From Octopus sinensis (lineage: Eukaryota), in NCBI RefSeq assembly GCF_006345805.1, contig NC_042997.1:141670001-141734000 (forward strand): a stretch of DNA of 64,000 nucleotides, in the 5' to 3' direction. Below the pieces are notes generated by a model that had not been told where the DNA came from, ran no database searches, and saw only the letters and a program-made list of their open reading frames with translations. Positions within the stretch are counted from its first letter, which is position 1, and each line of letters begins with the position of its first letter. Shown here piece after piece: positions 37,663 through 51,701 of the stretch. The position numbers and the translations under genes were made by a program.

Positions 37663-38223
37663 TTCTACTCTAGGCACAAGGCCCGAAATTTTGGGGGAGG
37701 AGTAAGTCGATTACATCGACCCCCAGTACGCAACTGATACTTAATTTATGAAAGGCAAAGTCGACCTCGGCGGAATTTGAACTCAGAGCGTAAAGACGGA
37801 CGAAATACCTATTTCTTTACTACCCACAAGGGGCTAAACACAGAGAGGACAAACAAGGACAGACAAACGGATTAAGTCGATTATATCGACCCCAGTGCGT
37901 AATTGGTACTTATTTAATTGACCCCGAAAGGATGAAAGGCAAAGTGGAGCTCGGTGGAATTTGAACTCAGAACGTAGCGGCAGACGAAATACCTATTTCT
38001 TTATTACCCACAAGGGGCTAAACACAGAGGGGACAAACAAGGACAGACATAGGTATTAAGTCGATTACACCGACCCCAGTGCGTAACTGGTACTTAATTT
38101 ATCGACCCCGAAAGGATGAAAGGCAAAGTCGACCTCGGCGGAATTTGAACTCAGAACGTAGCGGCAGACGAAATACCGCTAAGCATTTCGCCCGGCGCGC
38201 TAACGTTTCTGCCAGCTCGCCGC
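37663..38223 (-). mobile_element. SINE family A with three tandem core units
   Basis: The junction gaaatacctatttctt(t)a(c/t)taccc recurs at about 37802 and 37987; a single head lies at 38160-38223. Confidence 0.9.
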
Positions 38224-38739
38224 ACTTCTGAACAGAAAATATTACCTCAATACTTTGAAGAGAAACTTTTAGAATTTTATCTGCAACAGTTTCTCGTTTG
38301 TTTAAGAAGAAAATAAACGCCAGCCAGAGGTTAATGTTTCATCTATTCTCGATGCTACTCAAGCTACTTTCATTTCCATGTTGTAAACAATTTGTTCTTC
38401 TCTGTGTGAGATAGTACAGTTACAGTAACAGATTTAGATGTCTTGATTGTAAATTATATGCATCCGTATAAGTCTGTTAAGCTTGTGGGTCTGTTGTGTT
38501 TGTGAGTCTGTTGTGTTTGCAGGTCTTTGTTTGCGTATACAGTTGTAAATCTGAGTAAATACCGTAAAGGCATTTGCGCCGATGAAGGGAGGCCTCTCCT
38601 CCAAAGTAAGCGATCGTTATGAAAATTACTTGTATCTCCTGTGGAAAGGCTAATTCATGTCGTATCAAGCGCTCACTTCACAAGATAAAGAAAGAAAACT
38701 CACGAAAAACATGGCATGCTTTGGTCCTTCTCTATGAGA

Positions 38740-38960
38740 AAAACTTAGACCTAGACCAAAAGAAAAAAATGATAGAATGTCATGTACAGATTCTTCTGAT
38801 GTCCCCCAGAGCGATGCACATTAAGTTTCCAGCCATTGCGATAATTTTAGTAGCGATACGTAACGAAGGACATGTCATGATACTGCACATATTTCCACTT
38901 CTGGATATGTTGAGATGCTAGAGACAGTAGTTAAGCCCTGGATGGATGAAGTATGTATTA
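38740..38960 (+). pseudogene. maT-like transposase fragment
   Basis: PRAMHIKFPAIAIILVAIRNEGHVMILHIF, GYVEMLETVVKPWMDEV. Confidence 0.6.
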
Positions 38961-39224
38961 AAAAAACTCAGCACCTTCTCACTAAATTAATATAGGTTAA
39001 ATATACATGTCAGGTGGTCTTTACGAACAGTTAACAATGTCAACGGCACCGGTCCCTGCATTGAAGCATTCATTGACTAATCTTATACGTGCACAAAGTT
39101 TTATTAAAACACATTTGGTTTTGCTAGAGTTGCATATTAAATTATCATATATGTCCCCAAATGCCCCTCGCACCGTGTATATATGTGTATGTATGTATGT
39201 ATATATTATATATATATATATTAT

Positions 39225-39260
<36 letters not shown>

Positions 39261-40126
39261 AATGCTATATTTGTACATTGATTCTGATCTTTCTATATAC
39301 AACCAAATGTCTTTCATTAAAGCATTGAAGTTTACAACGTATTTGTGAAGCGTCGCTTTCTTTAGATATATCACTTAATTTCTTTTGTATTCATTTTTCC
39401 TCGTAGAAATAAAATTCTTTATAGTTTCATATTTAGAGAACCTTATTAATTTGTAAGAAAACATTTTGCAGAGAATGACAGTATACACACGGATAATGGA
39501 CAGTAAAATTCTGAAATATTTATTAATTTCCACCAGAGGCCTGAGGTCAATAAAATTTTAGTTGAACAAGTATAAAATATATACATATATAAAATAAATA
39601 TCAACTACCGAAATCTGGTTGACATTTCTGAATGAAGAAAAAAAATGTTGTCAATAACTTGTCACTTTTGCGAAGATTTTCTTCAATAAAATTCTCCTTT
39701 CAAAACAGGGAAAATGCTTGTTTCTAAAATACAATAACATAAGCTATTATTTTTAGAATATGTATTTTTAGTCTAAAATATGACACTAGAAGCATCACAT
39801 TAGAATTGCATTTCTGTTTGTTTGATTTCTAGTTTTTTTTTTTTTTAGTTTTTTAAAATTACAATCCCTTTTAAGAAGTAATTTTACGCTGTAAAGAATT
39901 ACTTCTAAATATCAATAACCGGTTCAAATAATCTGTCCAATATTAATAATAGAGTCCAAATCTATTTTGAGGAAATATGATAGACCTAAATAAATTAATA
40001 AATATCACAAATATCAACAAATATCATTTAAAAATTGCAGACCAAATTTCTAAGTTCGTTTCAACCATCGCTTTAGTATATTACAAAATGACAATATGGC
40101 ATTATTATGGGTGTGTATGATGCGAC

Positions 40127-40202
<76 letters not shown>

Positions 40203-40222
40203 TAATAATGATAATAATAATA

Positions 40223-40965
40223 ATCGTTTCTTTATCGGCTTCAAGGGCCATACACAGAAACAAATAAGGACAATACAAAAAAGGGAAAACGTGACGCTTA
40301 ATACAAAAATCGAGTAAACAATAAAATAGCAATGACAGTTAACAAGAAAATTCTAACAACTAAAATCTCCAATAGGTGGGAGTTTCACCCAGAGCCACTC
40401 AAGACACCCCACACAGTCTGGTCACCCTGACCGCCAAGAGCACCTCAGAAAGGAACCCGCTTCTTCCCAACCGCTCCGGCCTACAAGTGAATGTTCAGAG
40501 TAGGCCCATTCAGAGAATAGGCCCATTTTCGCTACATTCACCCACCTTTCAACAAAATTACTGGTCAGTGAGCAGTAGTTCCGTCTCTACCCTCGTTTTC
40601 CTTTTCAAGTGGAACTTGAAAAAGTCGATTAGGGCTTGACCGAAGAGGAAAGTGTTTGTCTTCAGTCTTTTCAGCCTCGTCCACCACACTACCTCTTTCG
40701 CTTTAGTCACCTGGCAGAAGAAAACTGCCTTTCCCTCCCGGCCAAAAGAAAGCGGCGGGACGATCCTCACGAGGGACTCGGCAGATAGCTGGATTCGTCC
40801 TACATGCGTCAACAGCTGTTCGACAAAGCTCTACATCTCTGCAATACCCAGACATTGAACGAGTGCATGCAGAACGGTTTCATCGCCCTGCGCACATCTC
40901 GAACAGGTCTTACTGACGGCACTCCGTGCCTGTAGAGCTTGTCTCGGACCGGCAGACACTGACAC
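40223..40965 (-). mobile_element. Tx1/L1-group LINE 3' end next to an (ATT)n tail
   Basis: LPVRDKLYRHG, KTCSRCAQGDETVLHALVQC (CCHC knuckle), KAKEVVWWTRLK, FFKFHLKRK; then a 3' UTR and the (AAT)n tract at 40128-40222. Confidence 0.75.
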
Positions 40966-41764
40966 GTAAAATTTATGATTTATTGACAGGGAATATTTAT
41001 CTCACGACTCGGGTTTCACGACACCGATTTTCATGTGAGAATTGTTACATCTCGATTTTGATGATTAGGGTTAATTATATTTGTTGACGATAGTGTTGTC
41101 CCATGCTTATGTTTTATTGATTGTTAACGTTTTGTATTCGCTGACTGGCTGTTATTTTTCTGCCTCTTCATCGGTTATGGTTCTTCGTGTGGTGTGGCAT
41201 TTATTTTTCCCGTGTGTGTTAATAAAGAATTTTGTTTTTAATTTGCTTATTTATTTGTTAATAGACTTAAAGAATTTTTTGTTTTTCAAGTTTATTTTAT
41301 GTTATCTGTTATTGGTTATGCTATATCGTGTGGTGTGGTGTTTATTTTCTCTTGTTTGTTTACGAATGATCGCGCTTTTAATTTGCTTATTTATTTGTTA
41401 ATAGAGTTAAAAGTTTATTTTATGTTATATATTCAATTTTTTTATGGTATTGTGTTTGAAACGTTATTTTGGTCAAGATAGGAGGGGATTTTTAAAGATA
41501 TGATTGTGGGTCTGAATGAGAAACCAAATAAGAACATATTTACTGTAAATGGTTCTTCCATATTTGAGTGATCAAGAAGTGGTTACTTGAAAGTTTAAAG
41601 ATGCTCTTATATTTCAATGGGGAAACGGATTCTCTAATTATATTTCCAATAATATATACTTCCATTGAAATAATCTAAAATGTTCAGTTAGTTTCACAAA
41701 TATTTAATTTAACGATCAGTAGACTATCAACACTTGATATAAAAACCATAACAAACGGGTGTGC

Positions 41765-41792
41765 ATAATATATATATATATATTATATATAT

Positions 41793-41826
<34 letters not shown>

Positions 41827-41910
41827 GATATATATATATAACGAACGAAGGCACTAATAAAAGATTATCTAAAATTCTGACTGCCTCCTTTTTTTCAATA
41901 ATATATATAT

Positions 41911-41945
<35 letters not shown>

Positions 41946-43143
41946 TAATATATAGATACATATATAAATATACATAATATATATACAAATATATACGTAT
42001 ATATATATATACATATATATACATATATATATATACGTATATATATATACATATATATATACGTATATATGTACATATATATATATATACAAATATATAC
42101 ATATACATACGTATATATATACATATATATATACATATATATACATACATATATATACACGCATATATACATATATATATGTGTATATATAAATATATAT
42201 ATACACATATATATACATATATATATGTGTATACATATACATTTATATGCACATAATAATAATATAGCGTACGATTAATTAATCAATTGATTAATTAATC
42301 AATAATTAATAATTTTACCAAGTAGTCAGTACGTTAAAATAATCTTTATAGTTGAATTATACAAAATATTCTATAATTATATACATAAATATAATTATAA
42401 TCAGGGGTCATCTGATAGCTTCGCCACGTACCGAAATTAGAAGTAGAAGAACATATATATATATGCACATATATATACATATATACATACATACATATAC
42501 ATAGGCGCAGGAGTGGGTGTGTGATAAGTAGCTTGTTTACCAACCACATGGTTCCGGGTTCAATCCCACTACGTGGCACCTTGGGCAAGTGTCTTCTACT
42601 ATAGCCTCGGGCCGACCAAAGCCTTGTGAGTGGATTTGGTAGACGGAAACTGAAAGAAGCCCGTCGTATATATGTATATATATATATATATGCGTGTGTG
42701 TGTTTGTGTGTCTGTGTTTGTCCCCCTAGCATTGCTTGACAACCGATGCTGGTTTGTCTATGTGCCGGTTACTTAGCGGTTCGGCAAAAACAGACCGATA
42801 GAATTAGTGCTGGGCTTACAAAAGAATAAGTTCCGGGGTCGAGTTGCTCGACTAAAGGCGGTGCTCCAGCATGGCCGCAGTCAAATGACCACTTCCGAGG
42901 TTCCACACTCTATGAAACATATGTAACCCAGATTTCCCACTCTCCATTCCATAACTTTTGTATACGTTTTCGCACACTCGACAACTTTTTTTTTCAGCTC
43001 ATCGTTCTTCGATACAAAAAACATCCCGCAACCTTCCGTCTCAATAAACCACTACTGTTACTGAAAGTTGATTTTTTTATATTCACTATGGATTATTCGA
43101 AGCTAACTTTCTTCCCACACCTCGTTCCCTTGATCTTACACAC

Positions 43144-43226
<83 letters not shown>

Positions 43227-43330
43227 TATATACATATATATATATATATAGATATTTATATAGATATATATATAGATATTTATATAGATATATATATAGA
43301 TATATATATATATATGTATATATACATATG

Positions 43331-43373
<43 letters not shown>

Positions 43374-43380
43374 TACATAC

Positions 43381-43431
<51 letters not shown>

Positions 43432-43454
43432 GATATATATATATATATATATAT

Positions 43455-43507
<53 letters not shown>

Positions 43508-43516
43508 TATATATAT

Positions 43517-43556
<40 letters not shown>

Positions 43557-43560
43557 TATG

Positions 43561-43603
<43 letters not shown>

Positions 43604-43720
43604 ATATTATATATTATATAGGAATGAAATGCCTTATATAAGCGTTCATATTTATAAATATGTATTATATATATAAACATATAATAAATATATATATATA
43701 TTATAATATATATGAATTAT
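41765..43720. repeat. Long (TA)n / (TATATG)n-type microsatellite field containing a SINE B
   Basis: Read directly from the sequence. Confidence 0.95.
42502..42890 (+). mobile_element. SINE family B, near full length
   Basis: taggcgcaggagtgggtgtgtgataag...ccgggttcaatccc...gcaccttgggcaagtgtcttc (CORE-like)...gctccagcatggccgcagtcaaatgac. Confidence 0.9.
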
Positions 43721-46499
43721 CCATATAAACATATATATGTTTGTGTGTATTGTATATGTAAATATGTATTTTAGGTATATATTATACATACACACATAAA
43801 ACAAAACATACAAATCTGCACCTACACATATACATGTAAAAATACCCTGTTGTTGATGTTGAAATTTCAATGAAGGAGCCTTGAATCTAGGTTAGAAACC
43901 GGCTTTTTCTCTTTTGGCAAGAAATCTTGAAATAAAGCTGAATAATGACATGCATACATATAAGAGAAACTTTGAAAGCAGTTGAATGCATATGTTCAAA
44001 ACTTTATGGAAATAAATATTTAAGTGCTAAAATTTTTCCAGAGATATATAAATACGATTGTTATTTCGTGTGCGTTTTACAATACCTTTCTCAGTGCATT
44101 AATTTGATCAGATATCGATAAATGTTACCAAATTCTAAGTATGCATATAATTACACAAGCACATACACTCGAACACATTTGTATTCATACAATTATATAC
44201 ACCATCGTCTCTATAGTTTTTTTATTTGTTACAATGACTTCAATTTTCTGTGAGACATTCAAACATAATCCACGTGCATACAAGCATGAGTACATACATA
44301 TATATGCGTACATATATGCATACATACATATATGCATACGTAAGATCATACATATTTGTAACTTTTGAGATTTATGGAATGTTTGCTTGTGTTAGTGCAC
44401 CTGTTTTTGTAGGTATTTATACTATCACTCAAAAACACGGTTACGAGCACAAAATACGCACACACTAATACATGTTGATTTTATACATGCTTGTGCGCAT
44501 TTGTGTATATATCTCTGTATATTAGTGTAGTGTCAGTGAATATATTTATAGACTTGTACTTGTTTCCATATACACGTATATGCATGATTGATGCATGTAA
44601 TTTTATTTTAGGTATTCTGCATTGATAAATGCAATTTTTATGCACCGCATTTCGCATTTCTACTGTATAATCTGTGTGTGCCTAGTTTATGAGTTTACTG
44701 AAGTAATGACAGGAAATAAATATCGGTTTTCTCAGGATTCTTTGCCTTTATTTTGATACCACTCTAACCAAATTACAGGTTAGGAAAACACTGCTGAAAA
44801 GCAATCTTATTTGGCTATTTAATAAACTGTTGGAATGTATTTGATTTATCTGGGATTCTTGAATATGAACGAGTAACACCATATTTACAGATTTGTTCTT
44901 GATTTATTCTAGAAGTCAAAGAAATCAATGCTGAAGACAATCATCTTACGGTGAAATATCGATAGATATCAAAGCATATAATGCTACTCAGAAAGAAGGT
45001 AGGAAGCTGTTACCACAACTAGAATGGCTGTTTTTATTAAGCGTTGTGTTCGATGCGTTCCTTGGAAGGTAACTCCCACTGGATACTCTAGCATTATTTT
45101 CTCCTTTATCTGGAAAATCTTCTGTAGTTTGGTAGCGAAATAAATGGCCAATGTAAAATAGTTTCACGTTCGCTGTTGAAAAGAAGAAAGACAGAGAGGG
45201 GATAAGTGAGAATAAAGTAAACGAGAGAAAGAGAAATACGAAAAGGAAGATATAAATGAAAATAGGAAATGTTCATATAATTTTCCTCTTCGAAAATCAT
45301 TGCTCCGCCTTTTGCCTCAAAAGCGTTTAGTCGACAAATGTATGTTCTCATATTCTTTCTACTTCTTCCTCTTATTTCTTCTCCTCATACTCTCACTTTC
45401 TCCTTCTTTTATATCTCCTTTCTCTTTGTATTGTATCCCGTCCCCTTTGTTCTCCTCCCTTTAATCCCGATGTCCACAACCGTTTTCAGGTAACTATTTC
45501 ATGTTCGTAACCAATCAAAGAAATAACTTTCAAATGAATAGTTGACAAGGTCATTTGAGCATCAGAGAAATTTGAAAGAGGAATAACGCTCGTAATTGGA
45601 TAGAAGGTACACGCCGTTTACGTGACCTCGGAAAAATATAGGCTTGCCAATTGTATAATGAAAGAGAACGACAAGATGAAATCTTAAACTTAGCTTTTAT
45701 ATTTCGTGAAAAGAAACTGGATAACTCGCAAAAGAAAATATATAAACAATAGCATTTGGCTATAAAATCCACAAAGTTTAGATTTCGCCTCTTTATCTAT
45801 GGAATTCATCAAGTAAATTAGAAACAAACAAGCAGAAATCTTTATTGTTATGATTCATGTAAAATAGTCAGTGAAGAATTTTAATACATTCTTTTGATGG
45901 AGTTAATAAATGCCATGCAGAGAAATCATTTAAATATCTCTTTTGGAAACTTTTTTTTTTACTTTCAATATTTAACGAGTTAGAATTTGAAACTAAGTTT
46001 AGCCGGCTTTTCGCACACTAAAGACTCTGATTTTGATTTTGATAGTATTCATATTAACGGATATGAGTTGCATAAACGGTAGAGCGGTGGATTAAAGGCT
46101 TTGCGATATATAATTACGTCTCTTTGAGTTCTTCAAATCTCGCTACGGTATTCTTTCCTCTCACCCTTCAGGGGCAAACAAATAAACATCTGTAATACAC
46201 TGGAGTTGAATTTATCCACAATGCCATGTTCCTAAACCACCTGATCTTGTATCAATATTATTTATGTCATAAAAAAATTTCATTTCAGTTATCTTTTATT
46301 CAAACCATACAAAAATAGTTTTTATTAAACGTAGCTCAAACTATAAAGGAAACATTACATAAATTTACATAATGTGGATTGTTTTAAAAAAGTACTAATA
46401 ACTGTGATTGAGAGAAGGGCTTCACTGTATATTTTGTTTACGTTTTTGAATTTTTGGCTTCATTTTCTTTATCATTTTCTTTTTTTTTTTTTCAGATAT

Positions 46500-46712
46500 T
46501 GATTTCAAATTTTAGTACAAGGCCTGCAAGTTCGGGGGAGAGCACAAGTCAATTACATCGACCCCAGTGTTCAACTTGTACTTATTTTATCGACCCTGAA
46601 AGGATTAAAGACAAGGTCAACCTCGGCGGAATTTGAACACAGAACATGAAGACGGACGAAATGCCGCTAAGCATTTTGCACGGCGTGCTACCGATTCTCA
46701 CAGCTCGCCGCT
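46500..46712 (-). mobile_element. SINE family A
   Basis: cgaccctgaaaggattaaagacaaggtcaacctcggcggaatttgaacacagaac...cagctcgccgc. Confidence 0.8.
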
Positions 46713-47140
46713 TTAAAAAACATGCCACTAGGCATTTTGTTCGATGCCATAGTGGCTCAGCCAGCAAACCGGCTTCCTTTTTCAGATACAGTGTTAATAT
46801 AACATATGCGGCAGCTAAAATTTAAATTACAAAACCTCGACCTAGCTATATCATGAAATTAATACCTCAAGGTTAGAAATTTGTATGGAATGGCGCTAAT
46901 CGATTAAATCAACCCAGGGCAACCAATTAGGATTTGAATACAAGTGTTGAATTAAAAGAAAAGTTTCGGCGATTATGGAACGTGTTTGTAATTCCATTGT
47001 TAATTGATACAAAACATTTACAGATTATATAAAGACGGAGACAAATGCTGGTTAAAACAAATAATAACACTTGTACCTGTAATTATGCTTAGCGCATTCT
47101 TACACAGCATTTATTAACTTTCAATGTTTCTACTGGATTT

Positions 47141-47530
47141 AAGGCGGTGAGCTGGCAGAAACGTTAGCACGCCAGGCGAAATACTTTGCGGTATTTCGTC
47201 TGCCGCTACGTTCTGAGTTCAAATTCCTACGGGTCAACTTTGCCTTTCATCCTTTCGGGGTCGATTAAATATGTACCAGTTACACACTGGGTCGATGTAA
47301 TCGACTTAATCCGTTTGTCTGTCCTTGTTTGTCCTCTCTGTGTTTAGCCCCTTGTGGGTAGTAAAGAAATAGGTATTTCGTCTGCCGCTACGTTCTGAGT
47401 TCGAATTCCGCCAAGGTCGACTTTGCCTTCATTCCTTTCGGGGGTTGATAAATTAAGTATCAGTTGCGTTCTGTGGTCGATCTAATCTACTGGGCCCCCT
47501 CCCTAAAAGTTTCGGGCCTTGTACCTAGAA
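47141..47530 (+). mobile_element. SINE family A with two tandem core units
   Basis: Junction gtagtaaagaaataggtatttcgtctgccg at about 47358-47387. Confidence 0.9.
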
Positions 47531-47669
47531 TAGAATAGAAAAGAATATTTCTACTTGCTTTCTAGGATATATCTAATCGTTTTTTTGTTGTTGCTTTTTT
47601 TTTTCTTTTAGTAAAAAGGAAATAAAATAATGGAATCTGAAGCCATAAATAATAAAGATGATAATCCTT

Positions 47670-47882
47670 TCTATTGCAGGAAAAAGGTTTGAAATTTTGT
47701 GGAGAGGGTATAGTGGAATACATCGACCCCAGTTCTCAACTGGTGCATATCTCTCATCGACTCCGTAAGGATAAAAGGCAAAGTCAGCCTCAGCGGAATT
47801 TGAACACAGAACGAAGAGACGGTCGAAACGCCACTGAGCATTTTGTCCGGCGCGCCAACGATTTTGCCAGCTCACCACCTTA
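47670..47882 (-). mobile_element. SINE family A
   Basis: Family A core on the minus strand, ending ccagctcaccacctta. Confidence 0.75.
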
Positions 47883-48159
47883 ACTACGATGACAATAATA
47901 AAGATTTTAAATTTTGCACAGGGTCAACAGTTTTTGAAGGGAGGGTAAGTCGATTATATGAACCCCAATATTTGACTGCTAATTTACCGCCTTAAACATT
48001 ATAATAATAATTAGCATTTTTAACATAGGCGCCAGTCCACAAATAGCTTAGTAAATAGGTATAGTCGATAAAATTGACCCAGCACTTAAGTAGCTAGAAT
48101 TTGAACTCAGATCACAAAGAACCAGAACAAATACTGTAAAGCATTTGGTTCGGTGTTCT

Positions 48160-48411
48160 TAGAATTCCGCCAATCGTCCATGCATACCAGCCTCCCCTCT
48201 CCACGCCACCGATGTTGTCCAAGGGAAAGGTAAAGGTTGAACCAGCTTGGCATCAGTGATGTCGCAACTAATTTTTACAGCTGAAAGAACTGGAGCAACG
48301 TGAAATAAAGCGTCTTGCTCAAGAACACACCACAAGCCCGGTCCGGGAATCGAACACACAACCTCACGATTTTAAGCCCGACGATCTAACCACTGAGCCA
48401 TGCGCCTTCAC
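48160..48411 (-). mobile_element. SINE C-like head plus tail 3
   Basis: Reverse complement gtgaaggcgcatggctcagtggttag...gtgttcttgagcaagacgc...gctccagttc, then a different tail (gatgccaagctgg...ggagaggggaggctggtatgcatgg). Confidence 0.7.
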
Positions 48412-49084
48412 TAGTGAGATACAGACACTAAAATTTGTCAATGGCAATAGAACCACGAAGACAAGTAATAAGGTGTACATTAAACAAAGATATAATAAAG
48501 ATAGAAAAAAATTAAGTTATATAATGAAAAGCGAAACAGAAAATTTGAATTATTATTATACAGACTAAACTAAATGCCAGAATAACGTAAGTAAAAATGC
48601 ATTAACTAAGTGTCACAATGTATAGATAGCTTCAATGTAATAAACTGGAAATTAAGTGAATTGAGAAGGCTAGAAAATTCAGAACTCACTCAACCTAAAA
48701 GTCTCAACAGATACGATATGTCTGTTATGCGATCGAAATGGAAGGGTCCTGATACAAATAGAAAATTATTACAAAGTAACTGTAGCGCGTTTTGGAGAAC
48801 TAATTAGAAGCGATAAAACATTTGGTATCGAAGTCACGTTGAAGATATAGCATGACGAGAAGTGTATGAAGTTGAAACGGTGTAGGTCAATTGACGGTCA
48901 AACACGAGGTAAATCCTCCCAAGAGTCAAACTACAAATGATCGATTGCTGCTCCGGCTGAAAATTCTTTCTAAACAAAAATCATTAGGTCAAGATGCCTA
49001 TTCGTCAGAAGAGATTACGAAGAAAACAAAGGTTTAGTGGCCAGCTACAAATGAGTTTGGTTACAGAACTTTCGAAGAAAAAGT

Positions 49085-49248
49085 GTGCAGGAGTGACTGT
49101 ATGGTAAGTAGCTTGCTTACCAATCACATAGTTCCGGGTTCAGTCCCACTGCGTGGCACCTTGGGCGAGTGTCTTCTGCAATAGCTTCGGGCCGACCAAA
49201 GCCTTGTGAGTGGATTTGGTAGACAGAAACTGAAAGAAATCCGTCGTA

Positions 49249-49291
<43 letters not shown>

Positions 49292-49890
49292 GAAATATTA
49301 AAATTACTAAGTCTCTATAAAAGAGATTACGACAGCGTTTACTGGAAATTAATTATTATCGCCATATTAATATGGTATTCTTATAGATATAAGAATAATC
49401 GCTGCCGCTGGTCAGCTCCATGAGGCCACCGCCTTAAGATAGCTATTGATACACGATCTGTATCCATTATAACTGGCAGTGTGAAGCGGCTGACCTCCCT
49501 TGTTCGAAGGTTATAATGGATACAGATCGTGTATCAATAGCTATCTTAAGGCGGTGGCCTCATGGAGCTGACCAGCGGCAGCGATTATTCTTATATCTAT
49601 AAGAATACCATATTAATATGGCGATAACAATTAATATATATATATATATATATATATATGCGTGTGTGTGTGTATGTTTGTGTGTCTGTGTTTTTCCCCG
49701 CCATCATCGCTTCACAACCGATGCTGGTGTGTTTATGTCCCCGTAACTTAGCGGTTCGGCAAAAGTGACCGATAGAATAAGTACTAGGCTTACAAAGAAT
49801 AAGTCCTGGGTTCGATTTGCTCGACTAAAGGCGGTGCTCCAGCATGGCCACAGTCAAATAACTGAAGCAAGTAAAAGAGAGTAAAAGAGT
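49085..49890 (+). mobile_element. SINE family B interrupted in its internal (TA)n by a foldback element
   Basis: 5' half 49085-49255 and 3' half 49660-49890. Confidence 0.9.
49289..49635. repeat. Foldback: 126-bp arms (49348-49473 and 49510-49635), one mismatch seen, 36-bp spacer, plus a 59-bp one-sided extension
   Basis: Compared by eye; the only mismatch found is 49355 a versus 49628 c. The arms contain nested palindromes ccatattaatatgg and tattcttat-agat-ataagaata. Confidence 0.95.
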
Positions 49891-50278
49891 AAGATCTGTA
49901 AAAGGAAGGAATTAACAAAATGACGTGTAGGTGTTAAGTGGATACCTGTTTGCCTACATGGCATGTTTGCTTGCATGTTTACCTACATGGTATGTCAGAT
50001 CTGCATGACTGCCCAGTTTGAATAGTGCAGGTGTTCCAGAGACCAATGACTTAAGATCAAATGTCGATGGTTAAATACAAGTCAGTCTATTCAGTAAGCG
50101 GAGACCCACCCCGGTAGGTGGAGTCCGGTATGCAGAGCTTTCGACTGGCAGAGCTTGCATAAGTAAGTTATTTGCAAGTTTTTAATTGTTCGTGGGGGCA
50201 CAAATCATTTCTTTGTATAAACAGGGGACAATATCAATATGAGTGTTTGTCTGCGTGTGAGCGTAAGTAATGTTTTAC

Positions 50279-50925
50279 AAGGTGGCGAGCAGGCAGAAAC
50301 GTTAGCACGCCGGGCGAAATGCTTAGCGGTATTTCTTCTGCCGCTACGTTCTGAGTTCAAATTCCGCCAAGGTCGACTCTGCCTTTCATCCTTTCGGGGT
50401 CGATAAATTAAGTACCAGTTACGCACTGGAGTCGATGTAATCAACTTAATCCGTCTGTCTGTCCTTGTTTGTCCCTTCTGTGTTTAAGCCCCTTGTGGGT
50501 AGTAAAAAAATAGGTATTTTGTCTGCCGTTACATTTCTGAGTTCAAATTCCGCTGAGGTCGACTTTGCCTTTCATCCTTTCGGTGTCGATAAATTAAGTA
50601 CCAGTTGCGTACTGGCGTCGATCTAATCGACTGGCCTTCTCCCCACCACCTACACACATCCCCAAAAAACTCAGGCCTTGTGCCTAGAGTAGAAAAGAAT
50701 ATTTCTAAGGAGGCGAGCTGGCAGAAACGTTAACACGTCGGACGAAGTGCTTAGCGGTATTTCGCCCGTCACTACATTCTGAGTTCAAATTCCGCCGAGG
50801 TCGACTTTGCCTTTCATCTTTTCGGGGTCTATAAATTAAGTACCAGTTGCGTACTGGGGTCGATCAAATCGATTGGCCTCCTCCCCAAAAATTTCAGGCC
50901 TTATGCTTATAGTAGAAAAATAAAT
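50279..50925 (+). mobile_element. SINE family A: head plus two cores, followed by a second full copy
   Basis: Junction gtagtaaaaaaataggtattttgtctgccg at about 50500-50530; a new head starts at about 50707. Confidence 0.9.
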
Positions 50926-51449
50926 AATGTTTTACTCTGTATGTGTGTGTGTCCGTGTGTCTGTTTATTCCCACCTCCCTTGAATGTGTGTGTGTGTGAA
51001 TATGTACGTTCTTATATGCGTGTTTCAGTGCACGTGTTAAGAACAATTCGGGTACAAATGAGATGCTAGATACATCGAGGATAAGGTTTAGGATCTAGAC
51101 TTTAGATTATAACAATGTAAATATCAGTGAGATGATAAAAGAAAACCAGAAGAGTTGAATTAAAGCAGAACTCGTAAATTATGCTAAAGAAAACTAGAGA
51201 GGTTATCTTCACAATTACTTTTTCTCCTATACAACTGGACATTTAAGAGTTGAACCAAGATGCAAACCAAACAATTACTCAAAAGATTTAAACTAAAAAC
51301 AGAAATTTTAGCTGCTTAAGATTAATGTCGAATCAAGAAACTCTGTCAAAGTGAATGTTTATGTGCGTAAACAAGCAAGACCAATAATAACTCACCTCAT
51401 TTCCTGCTTAAAGATTTGGTGAAAAGTAGAATTTATCCCTGACTGAGTA

Positions 51450-51701
51450 TAAATGCGCCTTTTTAAAGCCTAGCCAGGCTCATGGGCCCGGTTTCCCGGT
51501 TTCTATGGCGTATGTGTTCCCCAGCTGGACAGGACGCCAGTCCATCGCAGCGTTACTCATTTTTGCCAGCTGAGTGGACTGGAGCAACGTGAAATGAAGT
51601 GTTTTACTCAAGAACACAACGCGTCGCCCGGTGCTGGAATCGAAACCACAATCTTACGATCATGATGCTGACACCCTAACCACTAAGCCACGCGCCTCCA
51701 C
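51450..51701 (-). mobile_element. SINE head C plus tail 1, near intact
   Basis: 13-bp TSD ccctgactgagta (51437-51449 and 51702-51714). Tail gctgcgatggactggcgtcctgtccag resembles the V-SINE domain as I recall it. Confidence 0.92.

Noticed and set aside
37663-38223. Regularly repeated units that might suggest a CRISPR array
   Set aside because: The units are about 185-195-bp SINE cores with no unique spacers and no cas genes, in a eukaryotic context.
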